A DNA stretch of 36,032 bases from IMG/VR virus record IMGVR_UViG_3300030708_003584, positions 1 to 36,032 of that record, one strand, 5' to 3'. Below are positions 17,110 through 26,175 of this stretch, piece by piece. The notes under the pieces were generated by a model that was not told the DNA's origin, did not search any database, and saw only the letters and a program-made list of their open reading frames with translations. Position 1 is the first letter of the stretch. Every line of letters starts with the position of its first letter. The DNA is from a virus (lineage: Duplodnaviria; Caudoviricetes). Made by a program: the position numbers and the translations under genes.

Positions 17110-18023
17110 TAACTAACGATCGCCTCCGTGCTGCTGATTTGATCCGTGACGATAATCGGCACGCCGAATGCAGATTCTGGGAATGGTGCTGGAGCGCCAG
17201 TAGCGTTCGTGGCTGTCCTAGAATTCTGCAATTGTTTGAGCGACCGTCGATTGACTGCGATCATGTTAGGTCCACGACCGGCAGGGAATTTGCTCAACGC
17301 ATCAGCGATCAGGTCATCGGTGAGTCCTTTTCCGCTGTCCTCAGTGAGGTTGCAGATTCGGCCAGCCGAGTAAGCTGAACCGTAGATCAAGCCGACGTAT
17401 CCGGTCACTGCTGTGTAGTAACTCGGGAACGTACCTGAAGCAGCAGCGGATCTTACGATAGTAGTATCTTTCGCTTCGATTACGCCTTGATTGCCCCACG
17501 CAACCTGCACGTCGTTGAAGCCACTGCGGATAAAATATGCGGAGCTTGCTGTGTCAGCTGTGCTCCCTCCCGCATCAACTACCATCGCATCGCTCGCACC
17601 ATCGAGCTCTTCGCTTAGTGAGGCAAAGCCATCGGACGCGCCACCATTGATGAGTTCATTCTCGATTTTTGCCATCATCGCTTGCATGTGATTTTGCATT
17701 TGCAGAGCAATGAAAGCCGCAGGACCAAGGCGGTAGCCTTCTGCAGCGGCGATATCGATGTTGAAACTGGCATCTGCGATAGCGAGATCCACGCTCACTT
17801 GCGTATATGTCGCCACGTCATTGTCCACGCCCGCGTTGAGAGCTCTGAAGCCCACTACTGGGTCGGCAGATTTTTTGACGTATTTTAATTGCGTACCGTC
17901 AACGCTAAATGCGCTGAGGGCACTTAAAACCGGAGCGTCATTAAGAACGTCGGAGACGTCAAAACTTAGATCCGACTCATTAAAGGTGATTAAATTCGCA
18001 CTTGTGTAATAATCATCAGCCAT
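17109..18023 (-). CDS. Major capsid protein
   Basis: 304 aa after the protease; GFRALNAG...FGVPIIVTDQI; RBS GAGGT. Confidence 0.82.
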   Translation of the reverse strand: MADDYYTSANLITFNESDLSFDVSDVLNDAPVLSALSAFSVDGTQLKYVKKSADPVVGFRALNAGVDNDVATYTQVSVDLAIADASFNIDIAAAEGYRLGPAAFIALQMQNHMQAMMAKIENELINGGASDGFASLSEELDGASDAMVVDAGGSTADTASSAYFIRSGFNDVQVAWGNQGVIEAKDTTIVRSAAASGTFPSYYTAVTGYVGLIYGSAYSAGRICNLTEDSGKGLTDDLIADALSKFPAGRGPNMIAVNRRSLKQLQNSRTATNATGAPAPFPESAFGVPIIVTDQISSTEAIVS

Positions 18024-18043
18024 GATGCTTTACCTCTTTCGTG

Positions 18044-19135
18044 TTATCGGGATAGTTGTTGTTCGATGCGAGCAGCTTGCGTTGCGACGAAGTCGCTACC
18101 GACACCGGCCTTCTTAAGCTCTTTAGCACGCAAACTGAGTTCGTCGTCTTCCTTCGGAAGCGCATCTGGGTGACTGAAAGAAACAGGCGTTTCTTCGCCA
18201 CGGTCGATTGCTCTCAGCTGAGACACTTCGTTCTCAAGTAATTCCGTTCGCGCGACGAGCGACGAGATATGAAGCTCGTAGCACTCTTCGATAGATTTGC
18301 CTTCTACAAACCAGACAGCACCCTGATCACCAAAAAGTTCGATGTAGCGCTGTCCGCTCGATTGTGAAAGCTGAACATCAGCGTTCTCAGGGGCGTCCTG
18401 CTCTTCGAGAGCCTCGGCTACTTCTTGCGTTTCGGTTTCAACAGGAGCGGCATCGTCTGAGATGACTTCTTCAACCGCTTGCTCGGTAGCTTCAGCTTCA
18501 ATAGCTTCTTCTGCCACAGCCACGGATTGTTGGTCGTCAGACATATTCGTCTCCATTTCAAAAAAATCGACAAGGATGTTGTTGCCCTCTTCAGACAACA
18601 CGATAGATTCGGTTTCCCCGTCCGCGCCGTACGGAGTTATTGCCACGCCACGCAATGGCCAAGATCGGATGATGGTTGCAGGTCCACTGAATTCGCGGCT
18701 GTTCACAGTCACAGTCTCGCCGTCAGGAACGCTTTCAACCTTGATGCCGTCACCGCCAAAATTGATGCTGGCTTGCCACGGAATACCGGCTTTGCTTTTG
18801 CGAGCGATGTCAGATGCCCGGTCATCGTCGCTGAAGCTGACCAACTTGCCTGTCGCCAGCAATCCTTCCGGTGTGTTTTCAAAGTTATCGAGGTATCCGA
18901 TCACCTCGCTTGTGTCGTGATTGAAATCAATCGGGATCTTGGCCGACACGTTCATTCCGGCAATGTCGTGAACTGTTTGTTGTCCCCAATACCAGTGCTC
19001 GATTGCCCCGGCACTGCGAGCTAATAGTGACACCTCATATTCGGTCGCTGGCGAATCCGTAGATTGCGGATCGCTAACGCTGATCTCGCCACTGCTAAAT
19101 CTCAGTGCATTAGCTGTTACTTCGCGCTTTGTCAT
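18044..19135 (-). CDS. Prohead protease with C-terminal scaffold region
   Basis: IDFNHD...VIG...GIPWQASI...GAD; acidic C-terminal half; in-frame internal GGAG-6nt-ATG at 18544. Confidence 0.75.
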   Translation of the reverse strand: MTKREVTANALRFSSGEISVSDPQSTDSPATEYEVSLLARSAGAIEHWYWGQQTVHDIAGMNVSAKIPIDFNHDTSEVIGYLDNFENTPEGLLATGKLVSFSDDDRASDIARKSKAGIPWQASINFGGDGIKVESVPDGETVTVNSREFSGPATIIRSWPLRGVAITPYGADGETESIVLSEEGNNILVDFFEMETNMSDDQQSVAVAEEAIEAEATEQAVEEVISDDAAPVETETQEVAEALEEQDAPENADVQLSQSSGQRYIELFGDQGAVWFVEGKSIEECYELHISSLVARTELLENEVSQLRAIDRGEETPVSFSHPDALPKEDDELSLRAKELKKAGVGSDFVATQAARIEQQLSR

Positions 19136-20565
19136 AACTCTTCCTCGTCTTCAACAATTTCAATTGCTTGCCGTTGTATTTCGTTACCGGCCTCATCCGC
19201 GTCGAGTGGGACGCCTGCCATATCCACGATGATTCCTGCGTCGGCCATGTACTGTTGCTCATCGCGTAGCTGATCAACGACGTCGCGGAATTCTTTTCCA
19301 TGTCGTTCACGAACGACCATCGACCGGCTCTTCAGTCCAGAATTGATTGCGGCGATATCTGCGTTGATCTCTTGAAGTGGATTCCACCAAGGCGTACCGT
19401 CGGCGACCCATTCCCAGTTCAGGTCGCCCAACGTCATTCGCCCGGGCAGACGTAATGTGCCGTCAGCGATGAAGAGCTTCATCCGCCAGCCAGTGATATG
19501 GTTAAGGAGCTCAGAAAGCTGTTGCTGTTTAACTTTGCATGCTTTTTCGTAATGAATAAAAGCTGAACGGCTGCCAAAGAAGTTTGTGTAGCCCTCGTCA
19601 AAAAAACTGTACGGAATATCGACGCTTTTAAGACTTAGCGATATCATTTGCTGAGAGAAATTCTGAAACTCATTCGATGGGTTTCGTGATTCAATGATCG
19701 ATGCTTCGTCACCCGGATCGAGGTCGAGCATCACTGGGCCTTTTCCAAAGTCGACTTTGTAGCCGCCGGTGACGTCGTCATCTTTTGTGACATCCGAAAA
19801 ACCACCAGCGTTCTCACGGGAGAGAACCAGCCCAAACATTTGACTGACTTTGAGCTTTGCTAATGCGTAGTCGTAAGATTCGTAGCAATCTCGGAGCGTG
19901 TTGATAGCTGGAGCAAGTGGCGAGACACCGCGCACCTGGTCAAAGCGTTGAAAATATCCGAGGTGATATACATTCTTCGATGGAACAGATCGTTCAAAAT
20001 CATACCCGCCGGTCTTGTCGCGACGCCAGATAGCCACCCGTTGGCTGCGACCACCGCGGTTCACCTGAATACCGTGAACCCAGTCTTCGTCAGTGATCTT
20101 TTCCGGGTCGCGTACACGGTCGCTCTCGATCGCTTGCAGTTGACCGTTAGAAAGCTTGATAAAGAAGCAGTCGCCATCCACTAACCGGCGTTCTTCAGCC
20201 ATGCGGATTAGGCTGCTGAGGTTATGTCGACCTGTCACGTCGCAGTTGTATGGCCGTCCAAACCATTCCATTAAGGCTCGCAGTTCGGCATCAAGACTTT
20301 TGTCTCCGGTTTTTGGTTCAAAGCTGAATCGTGACACGTAGTCGAGATGCCGACGAATGGCCCATGCGGCTACTGCGAAGTTCCTCTGTAAATCCCTCGC
20401 TGCTGCGGTGAGGCGTTTGCGTTTCACCGGCGAGAGGATCTGATCGGTGCTTTTTAGCCGTGTCGTGGGGCTAAAGCGACGGTCGCTCGTTTGAGCGCCG
20501 TCGTATTCAAAATTTGTATGCAGGCCGGTTAACCGTCGAGCCGCGTTAGCTATCATCGAGAGCAT
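19132..20565 (-). CDS. Portal protein, lambda family
   Basis: ARDLQRN...DGDCF...QVRGVSPLAP...PWWNPLQE. Confidence 0.92.
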   Translation of the reverse strand: MLSMIANAARRLTGLHTNFEYDGAQTSDRRFSPTTRLKSTDQILSPVKRKRLTAAARDLQRNFAVAAWAIRRHLDYVSRFSFEPKTGDKSLDAELRALMEWFGRPYNCDVTGRHNLSSLIRMAEERRLVDGDCFFIKLSNGQLQAIESDRVRDPEKITDEDWVHGIQVNRGGRSQRVAIWRRDKTGGYDFERSVPSKNVYHLGYFQRFDQVRGVSPLAPAINTLRDCYESYDYALAKLKVSQMFGLVLSRENAGGFSDVTKDDDVTGGYKVDFGKGPVMLDLDPGDEASIIESRNPSNEFQNFSQQMISLSLKSVDIPYSFFDEGYTNFFGSRSAFIHYEKACKVKQQQLSELLNHITGWRMKLFIADGTLRLPGRMTLGDLNWEWVADGTPWWNPLQEINADIAAINSGLKSRSMVVRERHGKEFRDVVDQLRDEQQYMADAGIIVDMAGVPLDADEAGNEIQRQAIEIVEDEEEL

Positions 20566-20806
20566 TTGACAACTTTATTGTTGGGGCAAGCGGACGAGTG
20601 CCGTCGGCACGGGCAACTTTTCGTTGCCAGTAATCCAGTTCTTTGAGAAGTTGTGTTCTGTTTACTTCGACCGTCGTGCCATCGATGGTGGTTTGAACAA
20701 CGCCGCCACTGCCAGCAAGAATGTCTGCTTGGAGCTTGGTGACCATTTGCTGCGCGAAGGTTGGCGTACTGGCCGCGGCGTCGGTTCGTGTAATATTAGT
20801 AGGCAT
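20546..20806 (-). CDS. gpW-like head completion protein
   Basis: Small ORF directly upstream of the portal; TIDGTTV...LDYWQRKVAR. Confidence 0.65.
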   Translation of the reverse strand: MPTNITRTDAAASTPTFAQQMVTKLQADILAGSGGVVQTTIDGTTVEVNRTQLLKELDYWQRKVARADGTRPLAPTIKLSNALDDS

Positions 20807-20873
20807 AATGCCATTGTCAGCCGCAGAGTGCTGATAGAGAAAATGGCAATAAACAACCGGCGATTAAAAAATG

Positions 20874-21059
20874 CTAGCCGAGTGTTTCGATTATTTGCTC
20901 AGGCGATAACGCGGTCATAGAAAGCTCATCGATTTGAGATGATTCCGCGTGAAACCGGAATTCTTTAAGAGCCAGATCGATATCCGTGAAGACGAGCTTT
21001 TGCTCGTGAGCGTCAGCCCATCTGATTTTTAGAATATACAACATCTTACAGTCTCGCAT
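20874..21059 (-). CDS. Hypothetical protein
   Basis: 61-aa ORF, no recognisable motif. Confidence 0.35.
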   Translation of the reverse strand: MRDCKMLYILKIRWADAHEQKLVFTDIDLALKEFRFHAESSQIDELSMTALSPEQIIETLG

Positions 21060-21335
21060 TATTGGTCGTGCCAGTAAGCGTTTGTTTATTAATCAGCTAA
21101 AAGTTACTACAGGTTTCGCACTTATGTTGTGGTCAAATTTGCTACATTCAATTTGCTTGTAGCGTTTTCAACACATTTTGAAGATGCAAATGACACGTTT
21201 GGTCACTGTCTACGATGAAAATCGCCGAAAATGAGGTTTTTCCGGCGTTCCTCAAGTGTCCAAACGCAACATTTGTCTCTGCTAGGTAGGGTTATTCGCT
21301 AAGGAGGTGGGCTTATTAAAGGGTTTTTTGCTGGG

Positions 21336-22835
21336 TTATCCTAATAATCTCTGTGTTTCAATCGCGAGATTTATGTCCTGACGCATCTTGGAGTAATGCG
21401 TGACCATCGAGTCTGTTAAATGCCCCATCACAGCCTGCGCCGCCGAACGACTCGCGTTTGCGACCAAATTGGCAGAGTAAAAATGCCTGATGGCAGAGGG
21501 GAAAAATGTAGGAATGGAAAAGTGGTTCAGCACATCATAAAGGTCAGTGCGATACGCCTTCGTATCGTACCTATCCATGACGGTCGTGTGTTTCTCGTAG
21601 ATCTCTCGCACGCTGCGAACCGGCAACGGTTCTAAAATTCCTGCGCGTATCAATGTGTATTCGCAGCGTTCGCCAGTTTTCTCGCGAAAAAGCGTCTTCT
21701 CAATTTCAAAAGCTCTATCTCTCAACTGCCTGATGGCCGCGCCTCGCTTATCGCGGTTTACGATCACATCATCTAGCGATATCTGCTGGCCAAGATGCTG
21801 TTCCAGACGGGCGGCTATTAATCGGGCATTACGAAGTTTATCTTGCTGCGGTTTCGCAAAACTGAGTCGATACGCTTCTGCGACGCGGCGGCTAAATACA
21901 AACCCGCTGTCCGCGGTAATCATTTCGTCGCGATGTTTTTTCAGTGCCTCGACGCTGTGTGGGCCAAGGACGGTAATCAGCGTAAGGTGCTTCTCTGTTT
22001 TGTGCGAACTAGGTCGATAGATCCAAACTCCGTGCTCATCTTCATCACTTGTATCAATATCTTCCCAACGCATGTTGCAGATGTTACCAGGTCGAAGCCC
22101 CGTGTGCATTTGCACAGTGAGCATCGTCGCGAGAACCGGCGGTGAGAGTTTAATCGCTTCAAGTAGATCCGCTTCGTCCGGTGCGTGTACGACTTTACTT
22201 GCTGGAACGTCATGGTCAAAGTTGCCAAGAGGTTTCAGTGCGTTGATCGCGAGAAATACGTGATCAGGAAATATTCCTTCCTCCGCCCCCCAAGAAAACA
22301 TACGTTTGAGCACACTAATCTTTTCGTTTATCGTTTTGCGGCAGTTGCCAGTCATGTCAATTTCAATTTGCCGAGCACGCTTGAGGTCGGCGAGAGTAAA
22401 TTCTGCGGCAGGTTTTTCTGCAAACGGCATCAACATCAAACATGCGCGGCGGAGCAGCGTGATCTGTGCGCGGTCTGCTTTAGACTCATCAGGTAGGCCA
22501 TGCCTGCGGCGTTTATCGTGCCATGTGCGATATCGCTCTACCAGATCAACTACTCGAAAACTCTGTTCTTGTGGCTGATGCGCGGGCATCTCGGAATTAG
22601 TCACTACCGGCGGGGAAGCCACCTGATCAATGCCAAGCTCAATGCGCAGTTGCTGTAAGTCATCATACATTTCTCTGCTATATGGATCGCCACTTAGATA
22701 GATAAAAGGGTAACTCTCGTTACCGCTGTCATCGACCATCTTTGGTCGTACATAGGGTCGACCTCGGTCAGCCTTCACTTTGACAATGAGCTTCGTACCG
22801 GCAAATGTTTTGCCGAGAATCTGTTTACGAATCAT
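21336..22835 (-). CDS. int: Tyrosine recombinase (phage integrase)
   Basis: TGLRPG (R), SHKT (K), SAIRH (R), MGH...HY (H,Y); SAM-like core-binding domain; ATG at 22835 after GAAGGTGCA. Confidence 0.92.
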   Translation of the reverse strand: MIRKQILGKTFAGTKLIVKVKADRGRPYVRPKMVDDSGNESYPFIYLSGDPYSREMYDDLQQLRIELGIDQVASPPVVTNSEMPAHQPQEQSFRVVDLVERYRTWHDKRRRHGLPDESKADRAQITLLRRACLMLMPFAEKPAAEFTLADLKRARQIEIDMTGNCRKTINEKISVLKRMFSWGAEEGIFPDHVFLAINALKPLGNFDHDVPASKVVHAPDEADLLEAIKLSPPVLATMLTVQMHTGLRPGNICNMRWEDIDTSDEDEHGVWIYRPSSHKTEKHLTLITVLGPHSVEALKKHRDEMITADSGFVFSRRVAEAYRLSFAKPQQDKLRNARLIAARLEQHLGQQISLDDVIVNRDKRGAAIRQLRDRAFEIEKTLFREKTGERCEYTLIRAGILEPLPVRSVREIYEKHTTVMDRYDTKAYRTDLYDVLNHFSIPTFFPSAIRHFYSANLVANASRSAAQAVMGHLTDSMVTHYSKMRQDINLAIETQRLLG

Positions 22836-22929
22836 GATATGCACCTTCTATATTTGAACGCGCGTAAACGCGCGGAAACCAGAGTATACCAGCGGTAATC
22901 GGCAAGACAAGTGTTTACTGTTTAAGAAA

Positions 22930-22946
22930 TTGTGCACCGTGCACAA
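22930..22946. repeat. Putative integrase arm-type sites (left)
   Basis: TTGTGCAC-c-GTGCACAA, same motif as 23196-23225. Confidence 0.65.
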
Positions 22947-23035
22947 AAATAGATCAGTTAAAACGTCCGCCCCGTGGCTGAAAATGCCTGTGTTTAGAGT
23001 GTTTAAGCACGCTGAGAGATGCGTGTGTATGAGAC

Positions 23036-23076
23036 GGTTATGAGCCTCGCGAGCTACCGGGCTGCTCCACCCCGCG
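23036..23076 (-). tRNA. 5' half of tRNA-fMet(CAT); putative attP identity block (not a full tRNA)
   Basis: CGCGGGGTGGAGCAGCCCGGTAGCTCGCGAGGCTCATAACC, then divergence with no T-arm; lies between arm repeats next to int. Confidence 0.85.
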
Positions 23077-23094
23077 ATGTTGTTTCGTTCGGTA

Positions 23095-23123
23095 ATTATA
23101 GTCTCAAACCTCTGTTTTGCTAG
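23095..23123 (-). promoter_or_regulatory. Promoter upstream of the tRNA fragment and int
   Basis: Minus strand CTAGCA-17bp-TATAAT, ~18 nt before the tRNA 5' end. Confidence 0.5.
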
Positions 23124-23195
23124 GGGGTGTGATTGGTTTAAGTTGGTGTACCAAAGACCCATTAAAACCCGTTGTATTTCAATCGCGCCCAATTT

Positions 23196-23225
23196 TTGTG
23201 CACAATTGTGCACAAATGTGCACAA
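23196..23225. repeat. Putative integrase arm-type sites (right), 3 x 10 bp
   Basis: TTGTGCACAA TTGTGCACAA ATGTGCACAA. Confidence 0.75.
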
Positions 23226-23245
23226 TTCAAAAACGAGGAGTGAAA

Positions 23246-23506
23246 TCACCCATCCACCCCGCGGCTGTCACGGACGTGCTTACCGAGCCTGTGTTCAAGC
23301 AAGCTCTCCCTGATCGCAGTTGTGAAACTTTGAACACGCCGCATCCCTTCAACAAAGTTGCGGTGGTTCGCAACCGGGAGCTCCTCGATCTGGAGTGTCT
23401 CTAATTCTTCCACACACACTTTGAGATCGACGAGCATCTTCTCTAGCTCAACTGTAGCCTCGCGAAAGGCTTGGATCTCAAGCACCGTTAAGTTCTTCTG
23501 CGGCAT
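23246..23506 (-). CDS. Hypothetical protein in the repressor position (no obvious HTH)
   Basis: RBS GAAGGG; divergent from the xis operon. Confidence 0.6.
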   Translation of the reverse strand: MPQKNLTVLEIQAFREATVELEKMLVDLKVCVEELETLQIEELPVANHRNFVEGMRRVQSFTTAIRESLLEHRLGKHVRDSRGVDG

Positions 23507-23640
23507 CGCAACTGCCCTTCCTTATATACATCAATATTGATGTGTGTAATCAAAACTATACCTATTTACACCAATTATCACCATCTCTCTGTACGGCTAA
23601 ATCCCCATATTTAACTATTTTTGGGATTTATTTCTGTAAA

Positions 23641-23672
23641 CGCTTGTAACCGCGGGTACAAGCGGGTAGATT
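23641..23672 (+). promoter_or_regulatory. Rightward early promoter with overlapping inverted-repeat operator
   Basis: TTGTAA-17bp-TAGATT; CGCTTGTA-N8-TACAAGCG at 23641-23664; second inverted repeat TAAATCCC..GGGATTTA at 23598-23630. Confidence 0.65.
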
Positions 23673-23712
23673 GCGTCACGATTTAGCACAAGGTTTGTAA
23701 AGGGGGACAACG

Positions 23713-23979
23713 ATGGATTCCGCGACTATGCAGAATTTAAAGACGGTTAAAGAAGCTTGTGAGATATTGCGGTGCAGCCGCAACACAATCTACCGCTGGT
23801 TAACTGAAGGCAAGATTGAAGGTTATCAAGTCTGCAACAGCTATTGGCTCATCCCAGATGAAGAACTCTTGAGAGTCATCTCGCAGGGGCGTAACACTGC
23901 GCACCGCAATCAGGATCGTCCTGAAGCCGCGACGCAGCTAACGCCAGAAGAGCGTATGAAAGAACTATGTAAGAGCTAG
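23713..23979 (+). CDS. Excisionase-like HTH_17 DNA-binding protein
   Basis: LKTVKEACEILRCSRNTIYRWLTEGKIEG. Confidence 0.85.
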   Translation: MDSATMQNLKTVKEACEILRCSRNTIYRWLTEGKIEGYQVCNSYWLIPDEELLRVISQGRNTAHRNQDRPEAATQLTPEERMKELCKS

Positions 23980-23987
23980 GAAGTACG

Positions 23988-24317
23988 ATGCAACAATCAT
24001 TATTTACCGAACCGCATACATTATCACGGGCTTCTGATCCAGACACGAGCAAAGAAGCTGCGTCAGAGATATCATCCGGCGGCACAGTAGCAAACTTAGA
24101 GCTCCTCGCACTGAATCTCATAATGCTGCATCCGGGCAAAACAGCACGGCAGCTTGAAGACATTGCTGATCTGGAACGCTGCACTCTTCAGCGACGCATC
24201 TCATCGCTCCTGCAAAAAGGGCTGGTCGTGCGGGGCGAGAAAGCAACTAACGACAATGGTCGCACTGCATACACATTGTATTTACCAACCGCCTTTAACA
24301 AAAGGAAGCCACGATGA
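23988..24317 (+). CDS. Winged-helix DNA-binding protein
   Basis: RASDPDTSKEAA motif plus PGKTARQL...RRISSLLQKGLV. Confidence 0.75.
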   Translation: MQQSLFTEPHTLSRASDPDTSKEAASEISSGGTVANLELLALNLIMLHPGKTARQLEDIADLERCTLQRRISSLLQKGLVVRGEKATNDNGRTAYTLYLPTAFNKRKPR

Positions 24318-24559
24318 CTGTCTATCACTTTAAAAATCGCGAAGAGGCACTCAAGTTTTGCAAGGAAACCGACGGCGACAAGACGCTGATGGAACGAAAT
24401 GGCCAAGTGTTTGTACACGTTGCCGATGGCAAAGACGATTCGGAAGCACCCGTCGTGGAAATCGAAGCGGACGATGAGCCACAGGAAGATGAGCCTCAGG
24501 AAGACGATGCTCAGGAAGACGAGAATGACGCGAGCGAAGAAGAAAACAACGACGACTGA
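24314..24559 (+). CDS. Small highly acidic protein
   Basis: C-terminal EADDEPQEDEPQEDDAQEDE...; 15-bp repeats x3. Confidence 0.6.
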   Translation: MTVYHFKNREEALKFCKETDGDKTLMERNGQVFVHVADGKDDSEAPVVEIEADDEPQEDEPQEDDAQEDENDASEEENNDD

Positions 24560-24803
24560 CCCGATCCGCGAACCGGCTCACTATGCTCGACGCGAGGGAT
24601 CGCTTGAGTGCTTCGATGCCTTTGTCGCTGCGCATGGACGCAAGGCGGGTATCGAGGTGTGTCGGTGGAGCGTCTGGAAATATAGTTATCGATTTGATTT
24701 GAAAGGGTCACCGTCGGCGGACTGGGAAAAAATTCGGCAGTACGCCGAAATGGCTCTCCGCCTTGATCCAGATGGGGTGTATGAGAATGGCAACTGTGAC
24801 TAG
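24525..24803 (+). CDS. DUF3310 (SaV-like) protein
   Basis: DPIREPAHY...LECFD...KYSYRFDLKG...DWEKIRQY; start uncertain. Confidence 0.75.
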   Translation: MTRAKKKTTTTDPIREPAHYARREGSLECFDAFVAAHGRKAGIEVCRWSVWKYSYRFDLKGSPSADWEKIRQYAEMALRLDPDGVYENGNCD

Positions 24804-25011
24804 CGAATTTGCAAAATATGAACTGCGTTATTACGACGCTGATCGTCAGTTACGGTTGTATCTCATTCACGACTTCCCACTGGCAACCACGGAGGAGCTC
24901 CTAAAGATTTTTCCTTCGCCCAACGGCGAACACGACGATCACGCCCGTTCCTCCGCGATTGACTTTATCGTCAAACAGAGACACGAGGAAATTGATGGTG
25001 AGCAAAGTTAA
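24787..25011 (+). CDS. Hypothetical protein
   Basis: Coupled ORF; RBS GGGGT. Confidence 0.5.
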   Translation: MATVTSEFAKYELRYYDADRQLRLYLIHDFPLATTEELLKIFPSPNGEHDDHARSSAIDFIVKQRHEEIDGEQS

Positions 25012-25198
25012 ACCGGAGGGGATTTATAAACACGTCGCGAAATGGCGATGTCCAGAGTGCGGAGGTTCAGTCCGCACACAGATTTGCTTGAAGTGTTACA
25101 TCGAAAGGTTGAAACAGATCGATGCTGAACCCGCTTTACACCTACCAGACGTACAACCACATCATGACAGACGAGGTGCTCCGTACCATCGCGAATGA
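24995..25198 (+). CDS. Small Zn-finger protein
   Basis: RCPECGG...CLKC; RBS GAGGA. Confidence 0.55.
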   Translation: MVSKVKPEGIYKHVAKWRCPECGGSVRTQICLKCYIERLKQIDAEPALHLPDVQPHHDRRGAPYHRE

Positions 25199-25433
25199 TA
25201 ACGCGAGCCTGGCCGATCAGATGTCGCGTGCCAGAAGCCTTGTGAACGGAGGACGGCTTGGTAACGGCGAGCCCTTGGGCATCTTGGACATGCACATCCT
25301 GACGGGATACCTCAGATTCACAAACAGGTTTTTTACCGCTTTTAAAAATTTTGAGAGAGAACATTTATTGCTATTAGAAAACTTAGAAAGGGTGCGTAAT
25401 GCAAGTAAAAGAAAAACAGATCAGCCTGAGTGA
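25122..25433 (+). CDS. Hypothetical protein
   Basis: Fills the gap before recT. Confidence 0.5.
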   Translation: MLNPLYTYQTYNHIMTDEVLRTIANDNASLADQMSRARSLVNGGRLGNGEPLGILDMHILTGYLRFTNRFFTAFKNFEREHLLLLENLERVRNASKRKTDQPE

Positions 25434-26172
25434 CTCGCTCCAGAAGACAGAAACATTGCTGCGAGAGACACAGCAGAAGTGGCAGCACCTACTGCCCGCA
25501 CATATTGATCCAGAGCAGACATTCCACCTGGTTATGAATGTGCTTCGGCAAAACCCCGAGTTGCTCAACTGCTCGCAACCGAGTTTTTGGGGCGCGATCA
25601 TTCAAACGATGAAGCTGGGGCTGCGTCCAGATGGCGTCATGGGCGAAGCGTACCTTGTTCCGTTCAAAGGGACAGTCAAACTTTTCATTGGATACAAAGG
25701 GTTGATAGCTCTTGCCAGGCGCAGCGGCGATATCGCGAAGATAACTGCGTCGGTTGTTCGCGACGGTGACGAATTTGCGTACGTGATGGGAGATGAAGAA
25801 AAGATTGTTCACACACCAAACCCATCTCCGACGCGAGGGGAAGGTGCAATCACACATGCGTACGTGATCATCACGCAAACGAACGGCGAAAAAGTTCGGC
25901 TGGTCATGGATGCCGCAGCAATCGAGGCTCACAAGCAACGCTACGCTAAGGGAGCGTCGAAGAAAGACTCAGCGTGGCACACAGCTGAAGAGCAGATGAC
26001 TCTCAAAACAGTTCTTCGCAAAATGCTCAACAGCGGCCTGATTCCATTATCAACGGAAGTCTCAGACACGCTCAACGCAGACGATTCCGTTGAACCGCTG
26101 GGGTTTTCCGACCTCTCGCAATCTTTTAATGAAAACGTCATCGACGCGGAAGCGATGGAGGTTGGAGTTTAG
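25399..26172 (+). CDS. recT: RecT-family single-strand annealing protein
   Basis: LLNCSQPSFWGAI...LGLRPD...GEAYLVPF...IGYKGLIALARRSG...MTLKTVLR. Confidence 0.92.
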   Translation: MQVKEKQISLSDSLQKTETLLRETQQKWQHLLPAHIDPEQTFHLVMNVLRQNPELLNCSQPSFWGAIIQTMKLGLRPDGVMGEAYLVPFKGTVKLFIGYKGLIALARRSGDIAKITASVVRDGDEFAYVMGDEEKIVHTPNPSPTRGEGAITHAYVIITQTNGEKVRLVMDAAAIEAHKQRYAKGASKKDSAWHTAEEQMTLKTVLRKMLNSGLIPLSTEVSDTLNADDSVEPLGFSDLSQSFNENVIDAEAMEVGV

Positions 26173-26175
26173 CAA

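Noticed and set aside
23036-23076. Complete phage tRNA-Met gene
   Set aside because: The anticodon stem 3' side, T-arm and acceptor 3' strand are missing; no 3' half was seen nearby
22848-23249. 133-aa ORF upstream of the integrase
   Set aside because: It reads through the tRNA fragment (AGWSSPVAREAHN) and arm repeats; spurious
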